Shown: piece by piece, positions 10,287 to 19,528 of the stretch | How the letters are laid out: each line of letters opens with the position of its first letter | Numbering within the stretch: position 1 is the first letter of the stretch | DNA from: Rhodospirillales bacterium | GTDB taxonomy: Bacteria; Pseudomonadota; Alphaproteobacteria; Rhodospirillales; UBA2165 | DNA length: 64,000 nt | Assembly (NCBI GenBank): GCA_965213765.1 | Contig: OZ243926.1 | Location: 3,309,422 to 3,373,421, forward strand | Direction: 5' to 3' | Position numbers and translations under genes: made by a program | Notes under the pieces: generated by a model | What the model was told of the DNA's origin: nothing | What the model saw: the letters and a program-made list of their open reading frames with translations, nothing else | Databases searched by the model: none

Positions 10287-11234
10287 TTGGCGGACGCATC
10301 CCTCAAAACCACCCTGCAAGGCGTCGGCTACGGGTGCCTGTCGACGACGTTGGGCGGCATGACCGTGGCGCTCACCCGTTTCATCATCGACGATACCGAC
10401 CCCTTCTCGTTGGCGAGTTCGCGCTATTTCGCCGGTGCGGTGGTGCTTCTCGGCCTGATGGTCTGGCGTATGGGCCTGCCGCCGATCCTTCGCAAGGACT
10501 GGCTGGCGTTCTTCGTGCTCGGTGTCGTCATGTTCGCCGTGTTTCCGTATTTTATGGCCCGGGCATTGGAGGACACGACGTCCGCCCGCGGCGGCATCAT
10601 CTTCGGGTCCATGCCGCTGCTGACCATGCTGATCGCCGTCACGTTCCGGGTTGAAAGGTTCGGCTGGTACAAGGCGCTGGGGATCCTGGTCGGATTTGCC
10701 GGTGCGGCCATCGTCCTGTCGGAGAAAGTGGACGCCATCGCGCCCGAAGCCCTGCGGGGCGACATGTTCATGATCGCCGGCATGATCTGCGCGTCTTCGT
10801 TCAATGTGTTCTCGAAGAAATATCTGATGCGGTACGGCTCCATGCCGGTGAACGTCTACGCCATGCTGATCGGCTCCGTGACCTTGTTTGTCGTCGCCCT
10901 GTTCCTGGGAAATCCGCTCGGCGGGTCGCTCGCCTTCGATGCGACGGGGTGGTTCGTCTTCTTCATGCTCGCCATTCCCGGCGGCACCATCATGATGGTC
11001 AGTTGGGGGAAAGCCATTCAGTTGATCTCGCCAACCCAGGCGGCGGTGACGGTCAGTCTCAATCCCGTGGCGGCGATCGCCATTGCCGCGGTCATCCTGG
11101 CGGAGCCCGTGACGACCAACGTGATCATCGGGTTTCCGTTGGTGGTATTGGCTATTTTCATCGCGAACTACCGTCCCGGGACGGCCAGTAAGCCCAGTAA
11201 GCCCAGTAAGCCCAGTAAGCCCGGCAAGGCGTGA
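10287..11234 (+). CDS. DMT/EamA family transporter
   Basis: About 10 hydrophobic helices in a two-repeat EamA layout; TTG start 1 bp after mtnA stop. Confidence 0.85.
   Translation: MADASLKTTLQGVGYGCLSTTLGGMTVALTRFIIDDTDPFSLASSRYFAGAVVLLGLMVWRMGLPPILRKDWLAFFVLGVVMFAVFPYFMARALEDTTSARGGIIFGSMPLLTMLIAVTFRVERFGWYKALGILVGFAGAAIVLSEKVDAIAPEALRGDMFMIAGMICASSFNVFSKKYLMRYGSMPVNVYAMLIGSVTLFVVALFLGNPLGGSLAFDATGWFVFFMLAIPGGTIMMVSWGKAIQLISPTQAAVTVSLNPVAAIAIAAVILAEPVTTNVIIGFPLVVLAIFIANYRPGTASKPSKPSKPSKPGKA
11185..11220 (+). repeat. In-frame tandem repeat (CCAGTAAGC)x4
   Basis: Four perfect 9-bp copies plus a degenerate fifth; encodes (SKP)n at the DMT C-terminus. Confidence 0.95.
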
Positions 11235-11658
11235 AACCGTTCCGCCGCCGGTTAAATCAAAATCCGCGACGGAAGGAGTTCCAGCCAGTTCGGATCAACC
11301 ACGACTTCGGCAAACCGGCTTTCGCGCGCACACCGCGGAATTGGAGTAGGTCCCGTCGCCGATGCCCGGGGGTCGAGCGCCGCATGTTGGAGAGGGACGG
11401 CGAAGACGGTTCGATCCGAAAGACCTGGATCACGCGGCTATCGATACGACGGCCGAAGACCGGCGAGCGCCGCGCGGGCGGCCGGGCTGCGAAACAACAT
11501 ATGGTCCTCCCAAATATAATCATGATCAGATTATTATGGCCTCATCCCAGGTGACGGGTGGTCCGGCGCACAACGGGCTTTCGCCCGGTGGCGGAATTGT
11601 GAACAATCGGGCTTCGTGGCCGGGTGCCGCCCGCGAATGAGCCAAGGGGAGGAAGAAG

Positions 11659-12582
11659 ATGAATGAAATGGGACCACGGGGCCTGAGCGCCAATCGCGCC
11701 GGCCCGCCCGAGATCGCCGCCCGGGTCGCGGCGCTCGGCAAGGAATTCACCGACGATACGCCGCCGACCACCACCGCGATCTATATTCCCTCGCTCAAGG
11801 CGGTCCAGTGGCCGGGGATCGACATCGCCTCGGACCTGGCCTACGGGCCGGACGCCGAGCGTCATTTGCTCGATGTCCACACACCGACCGACAAAGACGA
11901 GGCGGGCCTGCCGACGGTGATCTTCTTTCATGGCGGCGGATTTGTCCTCGGCCATAAGAACCAGCCCAACGGCGTCATGTACGCCAATATCGCCAATACT
12001 TACGCCTCCCAGGGCATCGTCGGCGTCAACGCGACCTACCGGTTGGCGCCGGACGTCCAGTGGCCGGAAGGCGCGCGGGATGTCGGCGCGGCACTAGCCT
12101 GGGTGCGGGACAATATCGCCGATTTTGGCGGCGATCCCGATAAGATCTTTCTCATGGGTCAGTCGGCGGGCGCGTCCCATGTGGCCACCTATGCATTCCG
12201 GAGAGAATTGCACCCGGACTCAGGACCCGGCTTCGCCGGCGTCATTCTCATGTCCGGCGTCTACGGCCTCAGTGCCGGAAACGCATCGCCGGGACGGGAT
12301 GCCTATTACGGCACCGATGAATCCAAGTTCGAGGAAATGCAGGTCTTAGGCAACGTCACCTTCTCGGACTGCCCCGTCTTTTGCACCATCGGCGAGTTCG
12401 ACACAGTCCCGTTCGAGAAATCGACGTTGGCCTTGATCAACGAACTGACCGGGAAGAACGGATGTGCGCCCCGCTTTAAGCAGCTCATCGGCCATAATCA
12501 TATCTCTCAGGTGTGCTGCTTCGGCACCGAGGACACCTCGGTCAGCGCCGATATGGTGGATTTTGTGCTGACCAACGCATGA
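11659..12582 (+). CDS. Alpha/beta hydrolase (HSL-like esterase)
   Basis: HGGG oxyanion motif, GQSAG nucleophile elbow, GEFD and HNH; GGAGG RBS. Confidence 0.9.
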   Translation: MNEMGPRGLSANRAGPPEIAARVAALGKEFTDDTPPTTTAIYIPSLKAVQWPGIDIASDLAYGPDAERHLLDVHTPTDKDEAGLPTVIFFHGGGFVLGHKNQPNGVMYANIANTYASQGIVGVNATYRLAPDVQWPEGARDVGAALAWVRDNIADFGGDPDKIFLMGQSAGASHVATYAFRRELHPDSGPGFAGVILMSGVYGLSAGNASPGRDAYYGTDESKFEEMQVLGNVTFSDCPVFCTIGEFDTVPFEKSTLALINELTGKNGCAPRFKQLIGHNHISQVCCFGTEDTSVSADMVDFVLTNA

Positions 12583-12589
12583 TCGCCGC

Positions 12590-13903
12590 GTGACTCAATC
12601 TTCGCCGCCCGGCGGCCCGTTGCGCGAGTCGGGTATTTTCCGCGCTTTGCGGCATCGGGACTACGCCGTCTTCTCGGCGGGGTCCTGGGTGTCTGCCGCC
12701 GGCATGTGGGTACAGCGGGTCGGCATCGGGGTGCTGACCTGGGATCTGACCCATTCACCGGCGTGGCTCGGCGGTATCGCGCTCGCCCAGGCGCTTCCGT
12801 CCATGGTGCTGGTCCCCTTTGCCGGCGCCGTTGCCGACCGGGTCGATCGCGTGCGTATGCTGCGCGGGACCCAGATCTTCAGTGCCCTGGTCGGCGGGGT
12901 GCTCGCCTGGATGGTCATATCGGACGCCATCACCATCTACTGGCTGGCGGCGCTGGTCATCGTCCTCGGTGTTGCCAACACCATCGGCCTCCCGGCCCGA
13001 ATGACCATCGCGCCGACCTTGGTGCCGCGCGAGGATTTGTCGGCGGCGCTTGCGACCAACTCCGTGTTGTTTCATTCCACGGCCTTCATCGGCCCCGCCA
13101 TCGGCGGGGTGCTGATCGCGCAAGCCGGAATCGGCTCGGCTTTTGTGGTCAATGCGGCTTCCTACCTGGTCATGTGGGCATCCCTTTTCGCCGTCACGCC
13201 GCTCCGTCAGGAGCACAAGGCGGGCGGTGGCGGGCTGATGTCGGACGTGTTGGAGGGCATTCACTACACGGCAACTCACCGCGGGATCGGCCCGGTGCTG
13301 CTGCTTACCGTATTCATCGCCTTTCTGGGCCGGCCGGTGGTCGAGCTCCTGCCCGGATTTGTCGACGTGGTGTTTGGCCGGGACTCGGTGGAGGAGGGGG
13401 TCGCAACTCTGTTCTCCGCGTTCGGTCTCGGTGGAATTCTCGCCAGTCTATGGCTCGCCAACCGGGGCCGGATCGAAGGAATGACGACCATATTCCTCGT
13501 CTCTTCCCTGTTGATTGCCGCGGCCATGGTGGCCTTTGCCCTTGCCCCCCTCTACGCCGTCGCCGTCGTCATGATGACGGTAATCGGCGCATCCGGGACG
13601 GTCGGCCAAAGCGGCGCTCAGATTTTGGTCCAGAACGCCGTCGACGGGTCCATGCGGGCGCGGGTACTCAGTCTCTATACCCTCAACTACCGGGCCGCAC
13701 CGGCGCTGGGTGCCTTGCTCATGGGCGGGTTGTCGACCCTGTTGGGCCTGCAGATGCCGGTGGTGCTGGGCGCATGTCTCTGTGCGGTGGCGACCTTATG
13801 GCTTATGCGCCGCCGCCACGAACTTCGGGACATGTTGGAAGCCGGCGACGGGGACTCGCAGTCGGGCCCGGTGGCAGAGGCCAAACCCAGCGCGGCGCAA
13901 TAG
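12590..13903 (+). CDS. MFS transporter (EntS/MFS_3-like)
   Basis: About 12 TM helices, GAVADRVDR motif A, RALRHRDY N-terminus, MRARVLSLY. Confidence 0.9.
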   Translation: MTQSSPPGGPLRESGIFRALRHRDYAVFSAGSWVSAAGMWVQRVGIGVLTWDLTHSPAWLGGIALAQALPSMVLVPFAGAVADRVDRVRMLRGTQIFSALVGGVLAWMVISDAITIYWLAALVIVLGVANTIGLPARMTIAPTLVPREDLSAALATNSVLFHSTAFIGPAIGGVLIAQAGIGSAFVVNAASYLVMWASLFAVTPLRQEHKAGGGGLMSDVLEGIHYTATHRGIGPVLLLTVFIAFLGRPVVELLPGFVDVVFGRDSVEEGVATLFSAFGLGGILASLWLANRGRIEGMTTIFLVSSLLIAAAMVAFALAPLYAVAVVMMTVIGASGTVGQSGAQILVQNAVDGSMRARVLSLYTLNYRAAPALGALLMGGLSTLLGLQMPVVLGACLCAVATLWLMRRRHELRDMLEAGDGDSQSGPVAEAKPSAAQ

Positions 13904-13971
13904 CCGCTCGGGTCCGGACTCGATTGAGCCGCCATGGGGGTGTTGCGGCGATGAGGACGGCGCGGACAAGG

Positions 13972-14167
13972 TCCCTCGCCCCCGTCAGGGGGAGAGGGAT
14001 GCGGAGGGTTGGCGAGGCGAACGCCAAGCCTACCCGGCGCTGGGTGAGGGGGAATTTCCATATCACCCTCACCCCGGCCCTCTCCCTCAGAGAGGGAGAG
14101 GGAGTAGTCGCGTTGCCGCATCGGGTCCCCTCGTCCCCTTCCCGGAGGAGAGGGGAGGGTGAGAGGG
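13972..14167. repeat. Cluster of three BoxC/REP-like palindromic units
   Basis: CCCTCGCCCCC-GTCA-GGGGGAGAGGG...GGGTGAGGGG (13972-14052), inverted copy (14066-14103), degenerate copy (14126-14167). Confidence 0.8.
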
Positions 14168-14203
14168 CGCAAAAAGGAGACTCCCCTAATTGAGTACAGA
14201 CCC

Positions 14204-15390
14204 TAGTCACCTGAATCTAAAGTTCGTGGCATAAATTTTGTTCGACCCGAAGGCAGAAGCGCTTGACGGCGGCGAGGATTTCATCGGCGGACTTGGTCCA
14301 CTTGAAGGGTCGGGGGTTTTCGTTGTGGGTTTCGATGAAGGCGCGGATGTCGGCCTCGAGCTGGAGGGTAGAGCGGTGCACTCCGCGTTGCAGTTGCTTG
14401 CGCGTGAGCTCGGCGAACCAGCGCTCGACCTGATTAATCCACGACGCCGATGTCGGCGTGAAGTGGACGTGCCAGTGCGGCCGCCGCGCCAGCCAGGCCT
14501 TGACCCCCGCCGTCTTGTGGGTGGCGTAGTTGTCCATGACGATGTGGATGTCCAGCCCGTCCGGGACATTGCGGTCGATCACCTTCAGGAAGTCGAGGAA
14601 CTCTCTGGCCCGGTGACGGCGATAGCACTTGCCGATGACCGAGCCGGTGGCAACGTCGAGGGCGGCGAAGAGCGAGGTGGTGCCGTTGCGCTTGTAGTCG
14701 TGGGTGCGCCGCTCAGGGATGCCCGGCAGCATCGGCAGGACCGGCTGGGTGCGGTCGAGGGCCTGAATCTGGCTCTTTTCGTCGACACAGAGCACCAGCG
14801 CGCGATCCGGCGGCGACATGTAGAGGCCGACAATGTCGCGGACCTTGTCGACGAAGTGCGGATCGCTGGAGAGTTTGAAGGTCTCGGCCCGGTGCGGCTG
14901 CAAGCCGAAGGCGCCCCAGATGCGCCAGATCGACGTGTGCGACAGTCCCGCCTCCTTCGCCATCGAGCGCAGCGACCAGTGGGTGGCGTCCGCAGGCCGC
15001 GAGGTGAGTGTTCGCTCGATCACTTGCGCCACCTTCTCGTCCTCAATGGTGCGTGGCCGTCCCTGCCGGGGTTCGTCCGACAGACCATCGATGCGGTCCT
15101 GGACGAAGCGCCTCCGCCACTTGCCGACGGTGTGCTCGTGCACGCCGATCTCCGCGGCCACCGCCTTGTTGCCAAGCCCGTCCGCGCAACGCAGGATCAT
15201 GCGGCAGCGATCCGACAGGGAGCGCGCCACACGGTGGCGGCGAACCTGCGCTTCCAGAAACGACCGTTCCTCATCGCTCAAGACCAGGGCCGCCAGCGGC
15301 CGTCCCGTACCGCGCGCCATCGAGATGACCTCCTTTGTCCGACCAGGAGGGCCATCCTACAATGAACCTTACTTCAGTGCCAGATGACTA
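14204..15390 (-). mobile_element. IS630-family insertion sequence
   Basis: CTAG at both ends (TA at 14204-5 and 15389-90); imperfect terminal IRs TAGTCACCTGAATCTAAAGT vs TAGTCATCTGGCACTGAAGT. Confidence 0.92.
14217..15320 (-). CDS. IS630 transposase
   Basis: N-terminal HTH; DDE residues in CVDEKS, VMDNY, NQVERWF; ORF uninterrupted. Confidence 0.96.
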   Translation of the reverse strand: MARGTGRPLAALVLSDEERSFLEAQVRRHRVARSLSDRCRMILRCADGLGNKAVAAEIGVHEHTVGKWRRRFVQDRIDGLSDEPRQGRPRTIEDEKVAQVIERTLTSRPADATHWSLRSMAKEAGLSHTSIWRIWGAFGLQPHRAETFKLSSDPHFVDKVRDIVGLYMSPPDRALVLCVDEKSQIQALDRTQPVLPMLPGIPERRTHDYKRNGTTSLFAALDVATGSVIGKCYRRHRAREFLDFLKVIDRNVPDGLDIHIVMDNYATHKTAGVKAWLARRPHWHVHFTPTSASWINQVERWFAELTRKQLQRGVHRSTLQLEADIRAFIETHNENPRPFKWTKSADEILAAVKRFCLRVEQNLCHEL

Positions 15391-16455
15391 GGCCAAAAGG
15401 TCCTTGCCGCCGAACCGCTCAAGCCAGCGCGGGATAACTTCCTCGTTGAATACGTGATTGGGCAACTCACCACGCAGCGCCTTTAGGATCGCGTCCGTTG
15501 CCCAGGGGATGGCCGGGCCCAGCGCGCCGCCCTTGGTGTAGGCGATCATGTGAGGCGAGAGCAGCACCTTGTCGCCGAGCCCAATCAGCGGCAGTTGCGG
15601 GTCCGGCGGCTCCTCGGGCAGCACGTCCAGACCGGCGGCGGCGATCCGGTCGCGATCGAAGGCGTCGAACAGGGCATCTACATCCACGATGGCGCCCCGG
15701 GCCGCGTTGATCAGCACCGCCTCCGGCTTCATTAACGCGAACTGGGCGGCCCCGATGAGGTTGGCGGTCTCTTCGGTCAGATTGGTGTGGAGGGTTACCA
15801 CGTCCGATTCCGTCAGCAATGTCTCCAGATCCACATCCTCACAGCCGTGATGGACGAACACGGAATCGTCGATATAGGGATCGCAAGCCAGCAGCCGCAC
15901 CCGCCAAGGCGCCAGCAGGTCGGCGACCCGCCGTCCGATCCGCCCCAACCCGACGATGCCGACGGTGATGCCGGGATAATCGTCCTGCATCCGCCGGCCG
16001 AGGAAGGTGGTGACCAGGGAGGGATCCCGCCAGCGGCCGTTCTTGACATGGCGGTCCTTTTCGCGCGTCCGTTTGAGGAGGGTGAGCATGATTGCCATGG
16101 TGCCCTCGGCGACGGCGCCCCAGTTGCTCTCGGTCGGCGAATGGGTGACCAGAATGCCGAGCTCGGTCGCGGCGCCGACGTCCACGTTGTCCACGCCGAC
16201 GGTGTATTTGGCGACGATGCGGAAATCCGGGTTGGCGGCCAGCGCTTCGCGGGTGACGAAGAACCGCCGGTTGGCGACCCCCATGGCGCCGACGGTGCCG
16301 GGTTCGAACTCGACGTTCACCACTTCGGTGTCGTTGGCTGAATCTCCCCATATGTCCGGGTTGACCTTGAGGTCGACACCGGCGGCGCTGAGCTGATCGT
16401 GGGACGCGCCGTCCTCGTCGACGGCGTTGTAGATAAAAACCTTGGGCTTGGACAT
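15388..16455 (-). CDS. D-isomer-specific 2-hydroxyacid dehydrogenase
   Basis: VGVDNVD, GLGRIG, INAARG, DVLPEEP, LSPH; ATG 16455 preferred. Confidence 0.9.
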   Translation of the reverse strand: MSKPKVFIYNAVDEDGASHDQLSAAGVDLKVNPDIWGDSANDTEVVNVEFEPGTVGAMGVANRRFFVTREALAANPDFRIVAKYTVGVDNVDVGAATELGILVTHSPTESNWGAVAEGTMAIMLTLLKRTREKDRHVKNGRWRDPSLVTTFLGRRMQDDYPGITVGIVGLGRIGRRVADLLAPWRVRLLACDPYIDDSVFVHHGCEDVDLETLLTESDVVTLHTNLTEETANLIGAAQFALMKPEAVLINAARGAIVDVDALFDAFDRDRIAAAGLDVLPEEPPDPQLPLIGLGDKVLLSPHMIAYTKGGALGPAIPWATDAILKALRGELPNHVFNEEVIPRWLERFGGKDLLA

Positions 16456-16479
16456 ATCTGATTGGACCTGGTCGACGAT

Positions 16480-16543
16480 GCGATGGCGTTGGTCAGTCAA
16501 TGACCGCGATGGAGTTGGTCAGTCAATGACCGCGATGGCGTTG
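16480..16543. repeat. 26-bp tandem repeat (about 2.5 copies) duplicating the Rid gene 3' end
   Basis: GCGATGG(C/A)GTTGGTCAGTCAATGACC at 16480 and 16506, partial at 16532. Confidence 0.9.
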
Positions 16544-16944
16544 ATCTCGATTTTGCAGCGGGGGTCGGTGGCCATCCGCACCACCTGAACAGTCGTCGTC
16601 GCCGGTTTGGACTCGCCGAAATACTCGGCCCACACGTTGTTGAGGTCGTCCTGCTCCTCCATGTCGGTGAGAAACCGGTCGGCGGAGATGACATCGTCGA
16701 GCGTTGCGCCGGCGGCCTTCAGACCCTTCTTCAGGTTCTCCAGCGCGGCGCGCGCCTGGCCGTCCATGTCGTCCGGCATGGATTCAAACTCCTCGGGAAT
16801 GTGAGGATGACTGTGATAGACCGGTGCCGCGGTGACGCCGGCGCAGAACAGCATGGAGCCGCCGGTGACCTTGATCGCCGGTGCGTACGGCATCCAAATA
16901 TCCGGCGCATCCGGCCAGTGAAGGTGTTCGATATTCTTTGTCAT
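16519..16944 (-). CDS. Rid (YjgF/YER057c/UK114) family protein
   Basis: PYAPAI, QARAALENL, LNNVWAEYF, KIEINAIAV; GGAGG RBS. Confidence 0.9.
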   Translation of the reverse strand: MTKNIEHLHWPDAPDIWMPYAPAIKVTGGSMLFCAGVTAAPVYHSHPHIPEEFESMPDDMDGQARAALENLKKGLKAAGATLDDVISADRFLTDMEEQDDLNNVWAEYFGESKPATTTVQVVRMATDPRCKIEINAIAVID

Positions 16945-17090
16945 GGTCGGGTCCTCCCACCCCTGTCATTCACTTGGCCTCATCTTAGAGAGCGCCGCCG
17001 TTGGGGCAATACGCAGCATTCATCTGTCCGGATATTTCACGCCGGGTGAATTTGTCCTAAAAAGTATGCGTAGACGTGCAAGGGGGATTC

Positions 17091-17753
17091 ATGGGTCTCG
17101 ACGTAAATCTGGAAAACGGGGTGCAGCTCCATTGGGCGACGCCCATCTTCACCCGGAAATTCGATGACACCGAGGAGCTCAACGCCCGCCTGGCCAGGAT
17201 CATCCTCGAGCGCGAACAGCAGGACCCGGGGGTGCCGAAGAGCGTGGTGCACGGATGGCACTCGAAGGAAGACTTCTTCGAATGGCCCAACCCCGAGGTC
17301 GCGCCGGTCCGCGACTTTGTCCGCCGCGCCATGATCGAGCTGACGTCCGCCACGACGGGCCACAAGGAAGGCGAGTTCGGTGGCGAGGCGGAATTCATCG
17401 CCTGGGCGACTATTCTCCGCAAGGGCGGCTACAACTCCGTACACACCCATCCCGGCTGCGCCTGGTCGGGGGTTTACTACGTCGATACGGGCGGTGCGGC
17501 GGCAAGCGGCGGCGGCGACGGCTGCATCGAGTTCATCGACCCGCGCACCGCGGTGGAAATGGTGCCCCTGCCCGGCGAGCCGTTCGGCCAACGCCGGCGG
17601 TTCGAGCCGGAATCCGGGCGCATGTATGCGTTTCCCGCCTGGTTGAGACGCGGCGTGACGCCCTATATGGGCGATGATGCGCGCATCTCGGTTGCGTTCA
17701 ACATCCGGATGAAGGATTTTCAGGTGTTTGGGGTCGGCGACAAGCCGGCCTAG
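17091..17753 (+). CDS. TIGR02466-like putative 2OG-Fe(II) oxygenase
   Basis: HTHP-WSGVYYV, FIDPR, FPAWL, RISVAFN; distal His position reads Arg. Confidence 0.8.
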   Translation: MGLDVNLENGVQLHWATPIFTRKFDDTEELNARLARIILEREQQDPGVPKSVVHGWHSKEDFFEWPNPEVAPVRDFVRRAMIELTSATTGHKEGEFGGEAEFIAWATILRKGGYNSVHTHPGCAWSGVYYVDTGGAAASGGGDGCIEFIDPRTAVEMVPLPGEPFGQRRRFEPESGRMYAFPAWLRRGVTPYMGDDARISVAFNIRMKDFQVFGVGDKPA

Positions 17754-19459
17754 GATTTGGCCTTGGCTTGCTGTTGCGCTTTTGCCCAGCTGTCCCGGAG
17801 GCCGATGGTCCGGTTGAAAGTCAACTGATCCCCCTCTGACCCGTCCCGGCGGAAGTAGCCCAGCCGTTCGAATTGAACGGTTTCGTTGACCGGCGCCTCG
17901 CCGAGCGCCGGCTCCAGTTTGCACCCTGAGAGGGTTTCGACCGAGTTCGGGTTGATGTTGCCGAGGAAATCGCCGTCCGAGCCCGGGGTTTCGGATTCGA
18001 AAAGCTGGTCATAGAGCCGGACCTCGGCCTCGGCCGCATGGGCCGCCGAGACCCAATGCAGGGTCGCCCTCACCTTGCGTCCGTCAGGGGAATCGCCGCC
18101 CCGGGTTGCCGGGTCATAGGTGCATCGAAGCTCGATGATTTCTCCCTGATCGTCTTTCACCACATCGGTGCAGGTGACGTAGTAGGCGTAGCGCAGCCGT
18201 ACCTCCCGGCCCGGCGCCAGACGGAAGAACTTCTTCGGCGGGTCTTCCATGAAATCGTCCCGCTCGATGTAGAGCTCCCGGGAAAACGGAACCTGCCGGC
18301 TGCCCGCCGCCTGGTCTTCGGGATTGTTGACGGCGTCCAGCGACTCTTCCCCGCCTTCGGGGTAATTCTCGATCACCACTTTCAGCGGCTTCAAAACCGC
18401 CATCCGCCGGAGCGCATGCCTGTTGAGGTATTCGCGGGTGCAGTGATCCAGGTAGGCCATTTCCACCGTCGCATTGGACTTGGAAATCCCGAGCCGGCCG
18501 ATGAAATCGCGGACCGCGGCGGCTGGTACGCCCCGCCGCCTGAGGCCCGCCAAGGTCGGCATCCGGGGATCATCCCAGCCCGTCACGTGACCCTCGTCGA
18601 CAAGCTGGGTGAGGCGGCGCTTACTGAGTACGGTGTTGGTGAGATTGAGCCGCGCGAATTCATACTGGCGGGGCTGGGCCGGCACCGGCAGGTGCTCCAC
18701 CAGCCAGTCGTAGAGCGGCCGGTGGTCTTCGAATTCCAGGGTGCAAAGCGAGTGGGTGATGTGCTCGATGGCGTCCGACTGCCCGTGCGCGAAGTCATAG
18801 GTCGGGTAGATCTTCCAGGCATCGCCGGTCCGGGGGTGCTCGGCATGGAGGATGCGATAGAGCACCGGATCGCGCATGTTGATGTTGCCGGACGCCATAT
18901 CGATCTTGGCACGCAGCACCTTGGCGCCTTCGCCGAATTCGCCCGCTTTCATGCGGCGCAACAGTTCGAGATTTTCCTCCGGGGGGCGGTCCCGATAGGG
19001 ACTGTTCTTACCCGGCTCCGTCAGCGTGCCCCGGTACTCGCGCATCTCTCCCGCCGACAAATCGTCGACATACGCATCGCCGTTCTCAACCAGGTGTTCG
19101 GCCCACGCATAGAGTTGCTCGAAATTGTCGGAGGCGTGATAGAGGTGCCCGCCCCAATCGTAGCCCAGCCAGCGCACGTCCTCTTCGATGGCGTCGATAT
19201 AGACCTGCTCTTCTTTTGCCGGGTTGGTGTCGTCGAACCGCAGATGGCAGCGGCCGCCGAATTCCTCGGCGATCCCGAAATTGAGGATGATCGACTTGGC
19301 ATGCCCGATATGGAGGAAGCCGTTGGGTTCGGGCGGAAACCGGGTGATGACCGCCTTGTGTTTGCCGGTCGCTAAATCAACCGAAATGATCTCACGGATG
19401 AAATCCCGGCTGTCGGCGGTTTTTGAATCGGTTTCGGTGTCGGGGGCGTGTTCGGTCAT
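17750..19459 (-). CDS. glnS: Glutaminyl-tRNA synthetase
   Basis: [52 protein letters not shown]. Confidence 0.96.
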   Translation of the reverse strand: MTEHAPDTETDSKTADSRDFIREIISVDLATGKHKAVITRFPPEPNGFLHIGHAKSIILNFGIAEEFGGRCHLRFDDTNPAKEEQVYIDAIEEDVRWLGYDWGGHLYHASDNFEQLYAWAEHLVENGDAYVDDLSAGEMREYRGTLTEPGKNSPYRDRPPEENLELLRRMKAGEFGEGAKVLRAKIDMASGNINMRDPVLYRILHAEHPRTGDAWKIYPTYDFAHGQSDAIEHITHSLCTLEFEDHRPLYDWLVEHLPVPAQPRQYEFARLNLTNTVLSKRRLTQLVDEGHVTGWDDPRMPTLAGLRRRGVPAAAVRDFIGRLGISKSNATVEMAYLDHCTREYLNRHALRRMAVLKPLKVVIENYPEGGEESLDAVNNPEDQAAGSRQVPFSRELYIERDDFMEDPPKKFFRLAPGREVRLRYAYYVTCTDVVKDDQGEIIELRCTYDPATRGGDSPDGRKVRATLHWVSAAHAAEAEVRLYDQLFESETPGSDGDFLGNINPNSVETLSGCKLEPALGEAPVNETVQFERLGYFRRDGSEGDQLTFNRTIGLRDSWAKAQQQAKAKS

Positions 19460-19528
19460 CGGAGTCTCAAATTGGCGGCCCCTGTTTGCCAAAAAAACCG
19501 CCCGAGGCCAAGGCTGGGCTGCGTATTG

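Noticed and set aside
13687-14210. Several overlapping ORFs downstream of the MFS gene
   Set aside because: They are translations of the palindromic repeat cluster
16480-16543. Mini CRISPR array
   Set aside because: Repeats are contiguous with no spacers and no cas genes are present
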